A stretch of 64,000 nucleotides of DNA, from positions 96,001 through 160,000 of the IMG/VR virus record IMGVR_UViG_3300037067_015211, one strand, 5' to 3'. The notes beneath the pieces were generated by a model. It was not told where the DNA came from, made no database searches, and worked only from the letters and a program-made list of their open reading frames with translations. Shown here piece after piece: positions 1-9,582 of this stretch; the stretch's first letter is position 1, and every line of letters begins with the position of its first letter. Both the position numbers and the translations under genes were made by a program. Source of the stretch: a virus (Duplodnaviria; Caudoviricetes).

Positions 1-50
1 TCCACTTTAATTTTGTTTTCCATGTTTTTTCTCCCTTAAGCTTCAAATAT

Positions 51-78
51 ATTATATATATATTTTTCCATTTGTCAA
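51..78 (-). promoter_or_regulatory. sigma70-like promoter for a gene starting at 23 (MENKIKV..., runs off the window)
   Basis: Minus strand TTGACA-16 nt-TATAAT, followed by GGGAG RBS and ATG at 23. Confidence 0.6.
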
Positions 79-1964
79 ATACTTTTATATTTTTTATACA
101 CAAAATTTGCAATTTCTTTAAACTGGGGCGAAAAGTCATTTTCATAAAAATTATCGAATTTAATAATATCTTCCATAAATCGTTCAATTTCATCGAGTTG
201 TGCCGCATTTATTGTTAAAATATTGTTATTAAATTCATTAAATTTATTATCAATATTTGTCATTTTATTGTCAAAATTAGATAAAATTGGTGCATATTTT
301 TCATTTTCATAAATATAATCAGATGTTTTTGTGTGTTTGGCCGCATAATCACCATATACATAATCAAAAGGATCATCTCCCGCTATTTTTATTGTACGAT
401 ATTTTGAAAAAATTTGATTTAATTTAAAAATTTTATCTCCATCTTTTTTATCATCATTTTTCAACAATTGTATTGATTCCTTAATTTCTAAAATTTGCTT
501 ATCAACAATAGCAATAAATTCATCTACTCCAATTACGGGTTTTTTTGTTTTAAGCAATCGGTCAAATACCCTCTTTTTTTTACCATCCTGTACAGCATCT
601 AAAAGTTCAATGGCTCTATGTTCGTCCCACTTGGCAATTTTACCATATGTTATCATCAAATTGCCAACAATACGTCTCAAATTATTTAATAATATCTGTT
701 TTTGTTCCTCATAATCCAAGCCTTTTGCCCTTATTTTATTAGAAAAAATAAAAGCCTTACTAGCCGCCACCTTCTTTTCTTCAAAATCTAAGTCTACAAA
801 CAAATCGTCCAGTTCCTCTCCCATAAACAACAACTCATAGTAAAGGGCATCCACGGCCTCATACAACTCATCGGCGGATTGCAAATATTTGTTGTTCTCC
901 TGACCGTACCGGGTTAGCTGAAACTGTGTTTCGGGTGTATAGCCCAAATTAAGATCCTTTATGTCCCCGCTATATACCACGCCCCATACTTGAATGAACT
1001 TCCTAAATGCTTGTTTTAATCTTTCCTCGTTCTTTTTCATCAACTGATGTCTCTGTTGCATCTTGTCCTGATTGCCCATGAACTGCTTCCAGAACAAAAC
1101 GTCTTTAGCTTCCACTCCTTCAGGACTTCCCGCTTGTTCTTGCGTAAATGGGCTATAAATCAACTTAGACGGCAGTTCTTCCAGCCTATATAGTTTATTC
1201 CTTACCTCAATAGCCAATAAGCCACAGTCATGCATACGTGCAGCAATTTGTACGACTCGCCTATGGATTTGATCCACCAAACTAATTTGATCCCCTTTAT
1301 AGTCCACCAAAATTTTGCTCATATCGGACAACTGCAATACTTTTCTTACCTTTTGCTCACCATCATTGAGAATATCTATCATTTCGTCTAGGTCGCCCTG
1401 CGCGTTCTTTATGTATCTCTTTAAGATTTCCTTACCAACTTCCACATCCTGCTTGTGGGTTCTCCAATTACTGGGAATATTCGGCTTTCTCCGCATGTCT
1501 AGTCTTTCGGCCTCGTATTGTTCTGGCTTTTTCTCGACCAACTTAAGAGTCTGGGGAGATAGAATAGGAGTCTTGACAGGCATACTGTGATATAACTCTT
1601 GTAATTCGGCTTGATCTTGGGCCGTTACTGGCAACCATTCCCTATTTTTAAAAATAGGTGTAATGATATTTTGCTTGAGTATGCCATTTAATTTGGCGTA
1701 CTTTTCTTCCTTAGGAATATCCTGTTTGTAGAGGTTCAATAGCTTTGCCAATTCTATCTGTAGGTTAAGGTCGGCTATTTCGGGCGATTCCTTTTCTATC
1801 TGTTGCAAAGCATTTTTTGTCTTTAGCAAGTCTTCTTGGAAATAATCTGATTTACCCGACAATAGAATATCCGCCAAATCACTGTTGAGATTGATTAGGC
1901 TTGTGGTAAACACCCTTGAACTGGAAATTTGGGCAATTCTATTGTTGTCAAATATTTGTCCCAT
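75..1964 (-). CDS. hypothetical alpha-helical protein (629 aa)
   Basis: Long ORF, GGAG RBS, no recognisable catalytic motif; N-terminus GQIFDNNRIAQ loosely resembles the shared leader. Confidence 0.8.
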   Translation of the reverse strand: MGQIFDNNRIAQISSSRVFTTSLINLNSDLADILLSGKSDYFQEDLLKTKNALQQIEKESPEIADLNLQIELAKLLNLYKQDIPKEEKYAKLNGILKQNIITPIFKNREWLPVTAQDQAELQELYHSMPVKTPILSPQTLKLVEKKPEQYEAERLDMRRKPNIPSNWRTHKQDVEVGKEILKRYIKNAQGDLDEMIDILNDGEQKVRKVLQLSDMSKILVDYKGDQISLVDQIHRRVVQIAARMHDCGLLAIEVRNKLYRLEELPSKLIYSPFTQEQAGSPEGVEAKDVLFWKQFMGNQDKMQQRHQLMKKNEERLKQAFRKFIQVWGVVYSGDIKDLNLGYTPETQFQLTRYGQENNKYLQSADELYEAVDALYYELLFMGEELDDLFVDLDFEEKKVAASKAFIFSNKIRAKGLDYEEQKQILLNNLRRIVGNLMITYGKIAKWDEHRAIELLDAVQDGKKKRVFDRLLKTKKPVIGVDEFIAIVDKQILEIKESIQLLKNDDKKDGDKIFKLNQIFSKYRTIKIAGDDPFDYVYGDYAAKHTKTSDYIYENEKYAPILSNFDNKMTNIDNKFNEFNNNILTINAAQLDEIERFMEDIIKFDNFYENDFSPQFKEIANFVYKKYKSI

Positions 1965-1965
1965 T

Positions 1966-3381
1966 TTAATACTCCATAAATTTATGCCACCATTTTATAA
2001 TATATTGTTTGACGTCTTCATTTTGCACCCAATTAATTATTTTTTTTGCGTCAGTTGTTCCAGTAAACCACTTTGTCATAGCCTTTAAATATTGAGGCTT
2101 ATTAACATCTAAATATTGAATTAATAATTTATCTACCCGCTCGTCATAGTCATTAAATAAAAATCTTGAAAAATCATAGGCATTTTCAGGAGACCCCGCT
2201 TCAACTATCCAATTAATTGTTTTGTTTATTTGATCTATATCTTCCCCACGACGCCAATAATTTTTATGCAAATAAAATATATCATTAAAATTTCCGTTTT
2301 CATATGCCTTATCAAACAATGCTTTTATATATTTATTGCTTCTTTCAAAAAAATAACCGCCAAAAATATCAGACGCAAATATATTATCAAAAACAATTTT
2401 TATTGGCATCCATTCAATAATGTTTTTAAACAAAATATCAAAGTCTATTATTTTCCTTAGATAATCTGTATAATAATTTTCCGATAAATTTTTTAGTATC
2501 AAAACTGTTTTGCCAATATTCCTTTTTTCTAAAACACTATTTAACATATTTTGTATTATTCTAGCATTAACTATTTGCTTTTCATCCTTTGAAAAATCTT
2601 GAATAGAAAATTGTGTTGGAAAAACGTCTGGATACCCCCCTTCAATATCTTTATATTTTTCTCCCCATTCATCGACTGTTTTTTCATTACTTTCATCAAT
2701 TTTATTTTGTACAAACTCTACAAAATTTTTATCTTTAACCCCATAGCATACATCGCTTGCCAAAAAAATAAAATCGCCCTTTTTATCTACATACCTCCTA
2801 ATAGAAACTCTTGCCAATGGATTTTCAATATTCTTGTCGCCCTCTTTAATCAAATAAGCCACCAATCCCCCCCTTTTTATTTTGTTAAAAACTTGCCTAT
2901 AATATTGATAAGAAAAATTTTCTCCCTCATCCCTTAAATTCATGCATGAAGTCCAATTTCGATCCGTACTCATTCCAGCAATATCTTCTGGTCTATAAGA
3001 AAAACAAACATATAGGTCTTCATTAGCACCCTTCATTTCTCCCTTTAATCTCTCGTCAAATACTTTCTTTAATCCAAATTCATTTGCCCTATTCAAAACC
3101 TTACCAATTCCTATCTTTTGCCCACTATCTTTTTTGACCGCAATACCATTTCTATAATCAATAATTTCATATCCTAGCTTACCCAACACATCAATAATTC
3201 TCTTATTAGGCTTTAATGCCTGTTCTTCAGCACCAGCCTTCTTGTACAAAAAATAAGTTCTTTCCTGTGGGAATAGTGGCCCCCAACTTAACTCTTTATT
3301 GCGCTTTTCAGCCGCCTTTTCCGCCATAGCCAATTCTTTTTCGGATAGCTTGGCATTTCTTAGCCATGTCTTGTATATCAT
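1966..3381 (-). CDS. conserved phage protein with DIAGMSTDRxWTSCM motif, N-terminal leader and degenerate C-terminal helical repeats
   Basis: Start moved to ATG 3381 (MIYKTWLRNA; GAGG RBS, just after the upstream stop at 3386); central motifs SYRPEDIAGMSTDRNWTSCMNL and LVAYLIKEGDKNIENPLAR. Confidence 0.7.
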   Translation of the reverse strand: MIYKTWLRNAKLSEKELAMAEKAAEKRNKELSWGPLFPQERTYFLYKKAGAEEQALKPNKRIIDVLGKLGYEIIDYRNGIAVKKDSGQKIGIGKVLNRANEFGLKKVFDERLKGEMKGANEDLYVCFSYRPEDIAGMSTDRNWTSCMNLRDEGENFSYQYYRQVFNKIKRGGLVAYLIKEGDKNIENPLARVSIRRYVDKKGDFIFLASDVCYGVKDKNFVEFVQNKIDESNEKTVDEWGEKYKDIEGGYPDVFPTQFSIQDFSKDEKQIVNARIIQNMLNSVLEKRNIGKTVLILKNLSENYYTDYLRKIIDFDILFKNIIEWMPIKIVFDNIFASDIFGGYFFERSNKYIKALFDKAYENGNFNDIFYLHKNYWRRGEDIDQINKTINWIVEAGSPENAYDFSRFLFNDYDERVDKLLIQYLDVNKPQYLKAMTKWFTGTTDAKKIINWVQNEDVKQYIIKWWHKFMEY

Positions 3382-3385
3382 GTTA

Positions 3386-3799
3386 TTATGTCCTCTCATA
3401 TATCCATTCCTCATGAGAACCATTATAAATAGCCTCATCTATGATAGCCTGCGCCCACTGCCACATCTTCTGCGAACCATTATTTCCAAATGCGTCAAAG
3501 AACTTCTCCGCCACATCCTGATCCACCTTTACCGTAGCCTTGGTACAAAATGTTTTGTAGTTGTTCTTTTCCCTATATTCTTTTTCAGTATCAAGCTTTT
3601 TCTTTAATGCCAGCACATCTTGTTTATCGAAATACAGACGTTCATGGGTGCCGGTGGTAAAGAATTCAGATTTATTTTTGTTGGTATATTTGGCCTGTAG
3701 AAAGCCTCTCTCAACATACTTGGCTACATGCCAAGTATCTGTGTCTAGCATTAGGGCCGCTTCTCTGCTGGATATGATGTCTACGTTTTTTTTGAACAT
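3386..3799 (-). CDS. excisionase/MerR-like HTH DNA-binding protein, possible C-terminal RHH
   Basis: ISSREAALML..HVAKYVERGFL..RLYFDKQDV pattern typical of HTH_17-type proteins. Confidence 0.6.
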   Translation of the reverse strand: MFKKNVDIISSREAALMLDTDTWHVAKYVERGFLQAKYTNKNKSEFFTTGTHERLYFDKQDVLALKKKLDTEKEYREKNNYKTFCTKATVKVDQDVAEKFFDAFGNNGSQKMWQWAQAIIDEAIYNGSHEEWIYERT

Positions 3800-5808
3800 T
3801 ATATTGCGCTTAATCTATTAAATTCATTGATGCCATTTTGCCTATTGCCAAATATTTTGTTTGTAATTTCTTCGTTAGAAATGCCAGCCTTTAAGGCAAT
3901 ATGAATTAAATTTTTTAATCCATTATGAGAAAGTAAAGCATTACCTACTTCGTTAAAATCATTTGTTGCCGACCCATGTTGTATTGCTTGCCATATTTTC
4001 ATAAGATCGTCATGTGATATTAATTTGCCATTTACCCAGATCATATCTTTTAAAAAAATATTGCCAAATTCAGATTCAATTTCACGCAATGTCTGGTCAA
4101 TTTGCTTATCTCTCATAAGCCCAACCACAAACTCATTGTATTTATTGGCCGCATTTTCTAAAAATGAAAGTAATTCTTGCCCAACGGCACCAGTGATTGC
4201 AGTTTTAGGAGTATTGCCAATCTTTTGAGAAACCTCTTTTACAAATTTATCCATAGGCAATTGAATGTCTTTATAATGCACAATTATTTTTTCCGCATTT
4301 ACACCATATTGTATCGCCCTTGTAAATGCCTGAACATATTCTGGAATGTCCTCTTCATGGTAAATATAATCATTGCCATCTCTACACCATACAGAAATAT
4401 AATTATTTGAATTTATTTTTCCACTATTTTCAAGATGTTCTAACAACTCATATCCTATATGATGTTCGTCGCTTCTAGCAACCGGAACAATGTAATTATT
4501 GTCAAGCGAGATTAACACATAGCCAACATCATCCCATTTGCCTTCTTCGCCCCCAGAGTTAGCCAGCAATACCTTTGCTTTCCAATTTTTTATATTGGAT
4601 AAATCTCCTGAAATCTTATAATTTCTTCGTATTTTTGTTGGAATAGAAAATGATTGTTGTGCTTTTCTTTTCCAAGTATCGTATATTAATGATCCTTGTT
4701 TTTTGTTTGTTAATTCATTGTATTTTTTCATTAGCAATTCTTTGTCCGCGCCTTTAACATTTAGGGCAAACTCATAAATCCACCCTGCATTACCAGACTC
4801 AGACTTAATCACAGCCTCTTGCAATCTAGGTATATCCGCACCTTTAATATCTTGGGCAAACGTATAAATCCAATATGCACCACCAGACTTAATCACTTCT
4901 TCTTGTAATCTAGGTATGTCCGCGCCTTTAACATCTTTGGTAAACAGATAAATCACCCGTGCATTACCAGACTTAATCAATGCCTCTTGCAATCTAGGTA
5001 TATCCGCACCTTTAATATCTCTAGCAAACGTATAAATCCAATATGCATCACCAGACTTAATCACTATATTTTGAAGATTATTTATCTGCTCTGGCGATAA
5101 ATTATTAATCGTATCATAATCATAATTTTTAAATTCTTCAAACAACTTATTATAATCCACATCATAACCTCTTTCAGTGGGCAAAATACCTCTGTATTTT
5201 TTCATTATTTTCTTAACATCAGGGCTTAATTCATCATAATAAGAATAAGGAGTTTTAGCAGAATACTTTTTATCTAGCACATCTTTAATCCACGCAGATT
5301 CACCCTTTTCAAACTTGGTAAAAATTGATCCCGTATTGTGCTCGATATCATTGATTCTATCAATAATATACATTAGCTTTTTATGATCCGTCACAGGAGT
5401 ATTTTTAAGGTCAATCAAATATTGGGTAATGGCCGCCCATCTAGGTCCACCATATTGATGTGCCCAAGGAAGTTCATTAAATACCCTATATACCAGTTCA
5501 AGAGGAACATATTCTCTCTCACCATTCAAAATATGATCCGCTTGTTCTTTCGAAATATTTAATCTTAAAGCTAATTGATAAGGATCTTCAATGCCAGTTC
5601 TATTGCCTACATATCCGGAATACATGTGCTCATCATATACCGCCTTGGTAAGATTCTTCACATATTCATCTTTAACTTCTTGAAGAATCTGATAAGCCAC
5701 TTGTTTATCTTCATCATCTAACTGATCCATCACAGTAGATAGAGCATAAAAATCGTATACTTGTGATGGTTGTAAAGCTAGTCTTTTGCGCCACGTATTG
5801 AATATCAT
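3799..5808 (-). CDS. modular protein: leader + YGGPxW/DxxHNTG domain + 28-aa repeats + internal leader + second domain
   Basis: Start at ATG 5808 (GGAG RBS, ATGA overlap with upstream stop); N-terminal ~215 aa paralogous to 15750..16811. Confidence 0.8.
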   Translation of the reverse strand: MIFNTWRKRLALQPSQVYDFYALSTVMDQLDDEDKQVAYQILQEVKDEYVKNLTKAVYDEHMYSGYVGNRTGIEDPYQLALRLNISKEQADHILNGEREYVPLELVYRVFNELPWAHQYGGPRWAAITQYLIDLKNTPVTDHKKLMYIIDRINDIEHNTGSIFTKFEKGESAWIKDVLDKKYSAKTPYSYYDELSPDVKKIMKKYRGILPTERGYDVDYNKLFEEFKNYDYDTINNLSPEQINNLQNIVIKSGDAYWIYTFARDIKGADIPRLQEALIKSGNARVIYLFTKDVKGADIPRLQEEVIKSGGAYWIYTFAQDIKGADIPRLQEAVIKSESGNAGWIYEFALNVKGADKELLMKKYNELTNKKQGSLIYDTWKRKAQQSFSIPTKIRRNYKISGDLSNIKNWKAKVLLANSGGEEGKWDDVGYVLISLDNNYIVPVARSDEHHIGYELLEHLENSGKINSNNYISVWCRDGNDYIYHEEDIPEYVQAFTRAIQYGVNAEKIIVHYKDIQLPMDKFVKEVSQKIGNTPKTAITGAVGQELLSFLENAANKYNEFVVGLMRDKQIDQTLREIESEFGNIFLKDMIWVNGKLISHDDLMKIWQAIQHGSATNDFNEVGNALLSHNGLKNLIHIALKAGISNEEITNKIFGNRQNGINEFNRLSAI
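4745..5065 (-). repeat. intragenic tandem repeat, ~84 nt / 28 aa, ~4 copies
   Basis: KSGDAYWIYTFARDIKGADIPRLQEALI / KSGNARVIYLFTKDVKGADIPRLQEEVI / KSGGAYWIYTFAQDIKGADIPRLQEAVI / KSESGNAGWIYEFALNVKGADK; DNA copies highly similar. Confidence 0.95.
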
Positions 5809-6614
5809 ACCACTCTCCCACGCCACTTTATTTCTACAGGCCATACCGAGTCCTTCCCACTCGTATACTTCTCGGGAATGATCTGTACAGCCTTTATGTT
5901 TGCCACAGCAAAAGACTTTATTGTATCGTCAAGATCGTCAAAAGCAAACAAATATTTCCTTCTAGTGCCCATCCTCTTAACCAGCTTTACACGATACGAG
6001 AATGGCTCTACCACATATATCTTTATCATGCCCTGTTCAATATCTCCCGTATCTGGCAATCTCTGGTATTGGAATTTGACCTTCAACCTATTTTCAGCCG
6101 CAAACGCAATCGCCTGAGCAGGAGATAGCTTCCCACCCTTGACGCGCCAAATCTCTTGCCACTCTTCATCTGTAAGGGGCAAAAAGTCTTCTGATATAGG
6201 CAATTTTTCTTTAGGCTGTACTTGTTTTACAGGCACTTCCATCGTAACGGGCGCAGTAGGCGGCTTAGGCACATCAACATCTTCCAGCTTTTCAGCCGGT
6301 CCACGAGGTCTGATCTGGGCCACACGTAACCCATTAATGATTTTGTCGGCATTGTTTACATGACACTCAATTACCTTCCGAGTCCCTGTGGGAAGCGCAA
6401 TACTCTTTCTCTCCCTATCCACTACCTTTACCGCAATATGTTTACCATGACCATCGAAACAAATCATTGCAAACGGCAATGGACAATTCATAGAATGAAA
6501 TGTAGCCCCATCGCCTAAATCATCGAATATAAGAGCAACATCCTCCGGAACATCAGAATATTTGGTTAATCCAGCGGATCGCTCTTGAGGGGTTTCTAAA
6601 TATAGGTACTGCAT
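5805..6614 (-). CDS. DUF192-like + WYL domain fusion protein
   Basis: Start at ATG 6614 (GGAG RBS); N-term ETPQERSAGL..LIF..FHSMNCPLPFAMICFD (DUF192-like); C-term AIAFAAENRLKVKFQY..VVEPFSY..YLFAFD..IKSFAVANI (WYL). Confidence 0.65.
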   Translation of the reverse strand: MQYLYLETPQERSAGLTKYSDVPEDVALIFDDLGDGATFHSMNCPLPFAMICFDGHGKHIAVKVVDRERKSIALPTGTRKVIECHVNNADKIINGLRVAQIRPRGPAEKLEDVDVPKPPTAPVTMEVPVKQVQPKEKLPISEDFLPLTDEEWQEIWRVKGGKLSPAQAIAFAAENRLKVKFQYQRLPDTGDIEQGMIKIYVVEPFSYRVKLVKRMGTRRKYLFAFDDLDDTIKSFAVANIKAVQIIPEKYTSGKDSVWPVEIKWRGRVV

Positions 6615-6689
6615 ACTATCTCCGATAATATTTCTAGTATCATAGGGAAAATTATTGCCTTTATAGAATTTTTCCTGTTCAGATTTTTC

Positions 6690-6717
6690 TTGTCTTTTCT
6701 GCCAAATATGGTACAAT
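6690..6717 (+). promoter_or_regulatory. sigma70-like extended -10 promoter of the FkbH operon (probably leaderless)
   Basis: TTGTCT-16 nt-TACAAT preceded by TGn; ATG 6724 only 6 nt downstream; no RBS. Confidence 0.5.
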
Positions 6718-6723
6718 TCAATT

Positions 6724-7095
6724 ATGGAAAAACGATTACACCATGTAGGCTATAAGTGTTCCAAAAATATAGACAGTGTATTGGAATTTCTCAAACACGG
6801 ATATACAATAGCAAAGATGGGATACGAACCTGAGTTTAGAACAAAAAATGTGGTGTTTGAAGTGCCTGAACAACACATTTATTTAGAATTGGTAGATTTT
6901 CAGGAAGAGAACTCGCTAAAGGAAGGCCACTATCACAACTGTTACGAGGTAGAAAACATCGAAAAAGCGTTGCCACATTTCTATGAACTGGGCTATAAAA
7001 AAATCTCGAATATTGTTGACTCTATGGTGTGGGGTGCTAGAATAATATATATGTTCTCTAAGGAAAATGGTTTTTTAGAACTCATAGAAAGGTAA
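6724..7095 (+). CDS. VOC (glyoxalase/methylmalonyl-CoA epimerase-like) family protein
   Basis: LHHVGY..YLELVD..HYHNCYEVENIE..LELIE metal-binding pattern. Confidence 0.8.
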   Translation: MEKRLHHVGYKCSKNIDSVLEFLKHGYTIAKMGYEPEFRTKNVVFEVPEQHIYLELVDFQEENSLKEGHYHNCYEVENIEKALPHFYELGYKKISNIVDSMVWGARIIYMFSKENGFLELIER

Positions 7096-7099
7096 AACT

Positions 7100-7534
7100 A
7101 TGAACAAAGAAGAAAAGAACAAGGAATTAATTAAAAAAATCAAAAAATTTCAAAAAAGATACATGGTTAAAAATAAAAAAGAGAAAATGCCTGCATCTAT
7201 ATACTCTCTTTTGGACTGCATCAAAAAACACAAAGCATTTTTTCCAGAAATATACAACAAAGCTAAATTAACTTCAGGTATAGGAAAAATGCTTTGCAAA
7301 GATGCAGGATATATCGATGAACAATTTAAGATCATTAAGTATGCATACAATTTAGGCGAAATTGATTTGACAGAACTCATCGACAATATTCAAAATTCGC
7401 TGGAAGATAAAATAGAAAACGAACAAGAAAAAATTAATGCGGCTGTAAATACAGATATGGTGTTAAACAATAAACCACTTGTGTGCCCAAGAGCAGATCC
7501 AAAAATTGAAAAAGAAATCAAATCATTGCAATGA
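7100..7534 (+). CDS. hypothetical protein
   Basis: 144-aa ORF in the operon, ATGA overlap with fkbH. Confidence 0.6.
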   Translation: MNKEEKNKELIKKIKKFQKRYMVKNKKEKMPASIYSLLDCIKKHKAFFPEIYNKAKLTSGIGKMLCKDAGYIDEQFKIIKYAYNLGEIDLTELIDNIQNSLEDKIENEQEKINAAVNTDMVLNNKPLVCPRADPKIEKEIKSLQ

Positions 7535-8859
7535 TATTTGTCTCTAACTACAACAGTTCCACAATGGCCTCGAACCCCATCATGTATGAGGCTATTTTCT
7601 CGCTAAATAAAATAGATGATTCCGAGTGCGTAATCTCCATATACAACCCCACCGAGCACACAAATCATTTGTACTACGCCAGCACACTAGATTTCATAAC
7701 TAAATTAGTAACGAATAACACAAACACCCATTTTTACATCACAAACTACATTTTAGACACAAACAATTCTTTGCTCTCCAACAACGATGAAATACAACGA
7801 TACAATGAAGCCCTAAGAGAAATTGGTACTCAAAACTATACCATTGTAGATATTAACAAAATTGCCTTAAAATATGGCAGAGAAAACATAGTTTCCAATA
7901 AATTCTGGTATTCCTACTCGTGTCCGTTCACCAAGAAGGGCCAGAAACGCGCCATAGAGGCCATAGAAACCGCTAGGACGGTCAACAATGGGGGCGGCAT
8001 CAAATGTATTGCACTAGACGGCGACAACACGCTCTGGAGGGGAATTATCCTAGAAGGCACAGCCGAACTTACCGCCGAATACGAACATGTGCAAAATATT
8101 TTGCTCCAATATCGCAATAATGGTATTTTTCTAGCCCTTTGTTCTAAAAATAGAGAGCAAGATGTTTGGCGTTTTTTAGAAGAATGTCCGCTAAAACAGA
8201 AGCATTTCAGTGCCAGTAAAATCAACTTTATGCCCAAGGCCGACAATGTAATAGCGGTCGCCAAAGAACTGAACATATCACCCAAACATATCCTATTTAT
8301 CGACGACGACGATTACAATCTGATTTCCGTCAAAGAAACTTGTGGTGCTTATACACTATCTTCTTTACCGGCAGAAAATTTGGCAGAAAATATACTGTCT
8401 TATCCTTTACTCGATTACAAATTTTTGACCCTAGAGGATGAAAGACGAATAGAATCTTTCGACTATGTGGCTAAAAACAATATTGCCCCTACATTTACCA
8501 TAACAACCGATCCAAATAGTCACCGCATTGCCCAGATGAGCGTCAAAACAAATCAGTTTAATCTCAATAAATATCCCCTAACCGCAGAGCAAGTAAAAAT
8601 TCTTACCGAAAAAAACAAATTGTTTGCATGTGAAATGTTTTATGATATAATATCCTATGGTGTTGTAGCATACGCTATACTTGAGGAAGATACAATACAA
8701 CAATTTGTGGTGTCGTGCAGAGTGTTTGGAATGGGCGTAGAAAATATATTGTTGAACGAACTAAAAAAGAATGGTGCAACCAAGGGCAAAATAAACAAGA
8801 CAGAAAAGAACAAAATGTTTCATGACTTTTATCTTAATAATAGGATCGAAGAATGTTAG
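7531..8859 (+). CDS. fkbH: FkbH-like HAD-IIIC phosphatase / glyceryl-ACP transferase
   Basis: KCIALDGDNTLWRG, LALCSKN, LFIDDD, RIAQMSVKTNQFNL, SCRVFG motifs. Confidence 0.9.
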   Translation: MIFVSNYNSSTMASNPIMYEAIFSLNKIDDSECVISIYNPTEHTNHLYYASTLDFITKLVTNNTNTHFYITNYILDTNNSLLSNNDEIQRYNEALREIGTQNYTIVDINKIALKYGRENIVSNKFWYSYSCPFTKKGQKRAIEAIETARTVNNGGGIKCIALDGDNTLWRGIILEGTAELTAEYEHVQNILLQYRNNGIFLALCSKNREQDVWRFLEECPLKQKHFSASKINFMPKADNVIAVAKELNISPKHILFIDDDDYNLISVKETCGAYTLSSLPAENLAENILSYPLLDYKFLTLEDERRIESFDYVAKNNIAPTFTITTDPNSHRIAQMSVKTNQFNLNKYPLTAEQVKILTEKNKLFACEMFYDIISYGVVAYAILEEDTIQQFVVSCRVFGMGVENILLNELKKNGATKGKINKTEKNKMFHDFYLNNRIEEC

Positions 8860-9074
8860 ATAGAGTGATTGCCATATTGACATCTATTCTTAAAATAAAA
8901 ATAGATGAAAAATCGGAAAGAAAAAACATACTCCAATAGGACTCGATGCAAAACCTAAATATTATCATGACGCTAGAAGAAGAGTTTAAAATTGACATCC
9001 CTATGGATTGTTTTAAAGAATTATCGTCCGTAAAAACAATTGTAAAATATTTGGAAAATCAAAAATGTACTTGA
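8853..9074 (+). pseudogene. acyl carrier protein interrupted by an in-frame TAG (8937-8939); absent from ORF track
   Basis: MLDRVIAILTSILKIKIDEKSERKNILQ*DSMQNLNIIMTLEEEFKIDIPMDCFKELSSVKTIVKYLENQKCT; the TAG sits at the W of the WDS phosphopantetheine motif; overlaps both neighbours like an operon gene. Confidence 0.85.
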
Positions 9075-9580
9075 TAAACGCAAATCCATCTGATGCTGAC
9101 GATGTTCAATTTTGCATGTCTATCCGCAATAATCCGGATAACCACAAATTTTTTCACCAGAATATGCATATCACGGAAGAAATGCAAACTGCATTTATGG
9201 CAAGAGAAAAATATTTTTACATCATCATCGATAATGAAAAACGTGTGGGCACCATAAGCTTATACAATATAAATGGCGATACTGGCGTACTCGGAAGATT
9301 CTTTGTCGTCCCAGAACAACGATTTTCTGTAGTTGCAACACTATCGGAAGTGTTGATTGTAACAAAGGGATTTGAAGACCTTGGGCTGAACACACTGCTT
9401 TGTGATATCGTACAAAACAACATGACCATTATCAATATGCACGATAACTTTGGATTCAAAACATACGAAGAAAAAGATGGAATAGTCTATATGAGGCTAA
9501 ATAAAAATGGCATTACTCCATTTTACCACAAAATGCATAAACGATTTATTGGCAACAAATATCATGACTTTTGGAGATAG
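9065..9580 (+). CDS. GNAT N-acyltransferase (PseH/RimJ-like)
   Basis: IRNNPD..RVGTISLY..GFEDLGLNTL..V..NN..I.MH..FGF pattern. Confidence 0.8.
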   Translation: MYLINANPSDADDVQFCMSIRNNPDNHKFFHQNMHITEEMQTAFMAREKYFYIIIDNEKRVGTISLYNINGDTGVLGRFFVVPEQRFSVVATLSEVLIVTKGFEDLGLNTLLCDIVQNNMTIINMHDNFGFKTYEEKDGIVYMRLNKNGITPFYHKMHKRFIGNKYHDFWR

Positions 9581-9582
9581 AC

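Noticed and set aside
4745-5065. CRISPR array or DGR template/variable repeat
   Set aside because: Repeats are contiguous, in frame and coding, with no unique spacers; no cas or reverse transcriptase gene in the window
6615-6716. MYHIWQKRQ as another copy of the leader motif
   Set aside because: It depends on a TTG start inside the divergent promoter region; the better start is ATG 6614 with a GGAG RBS
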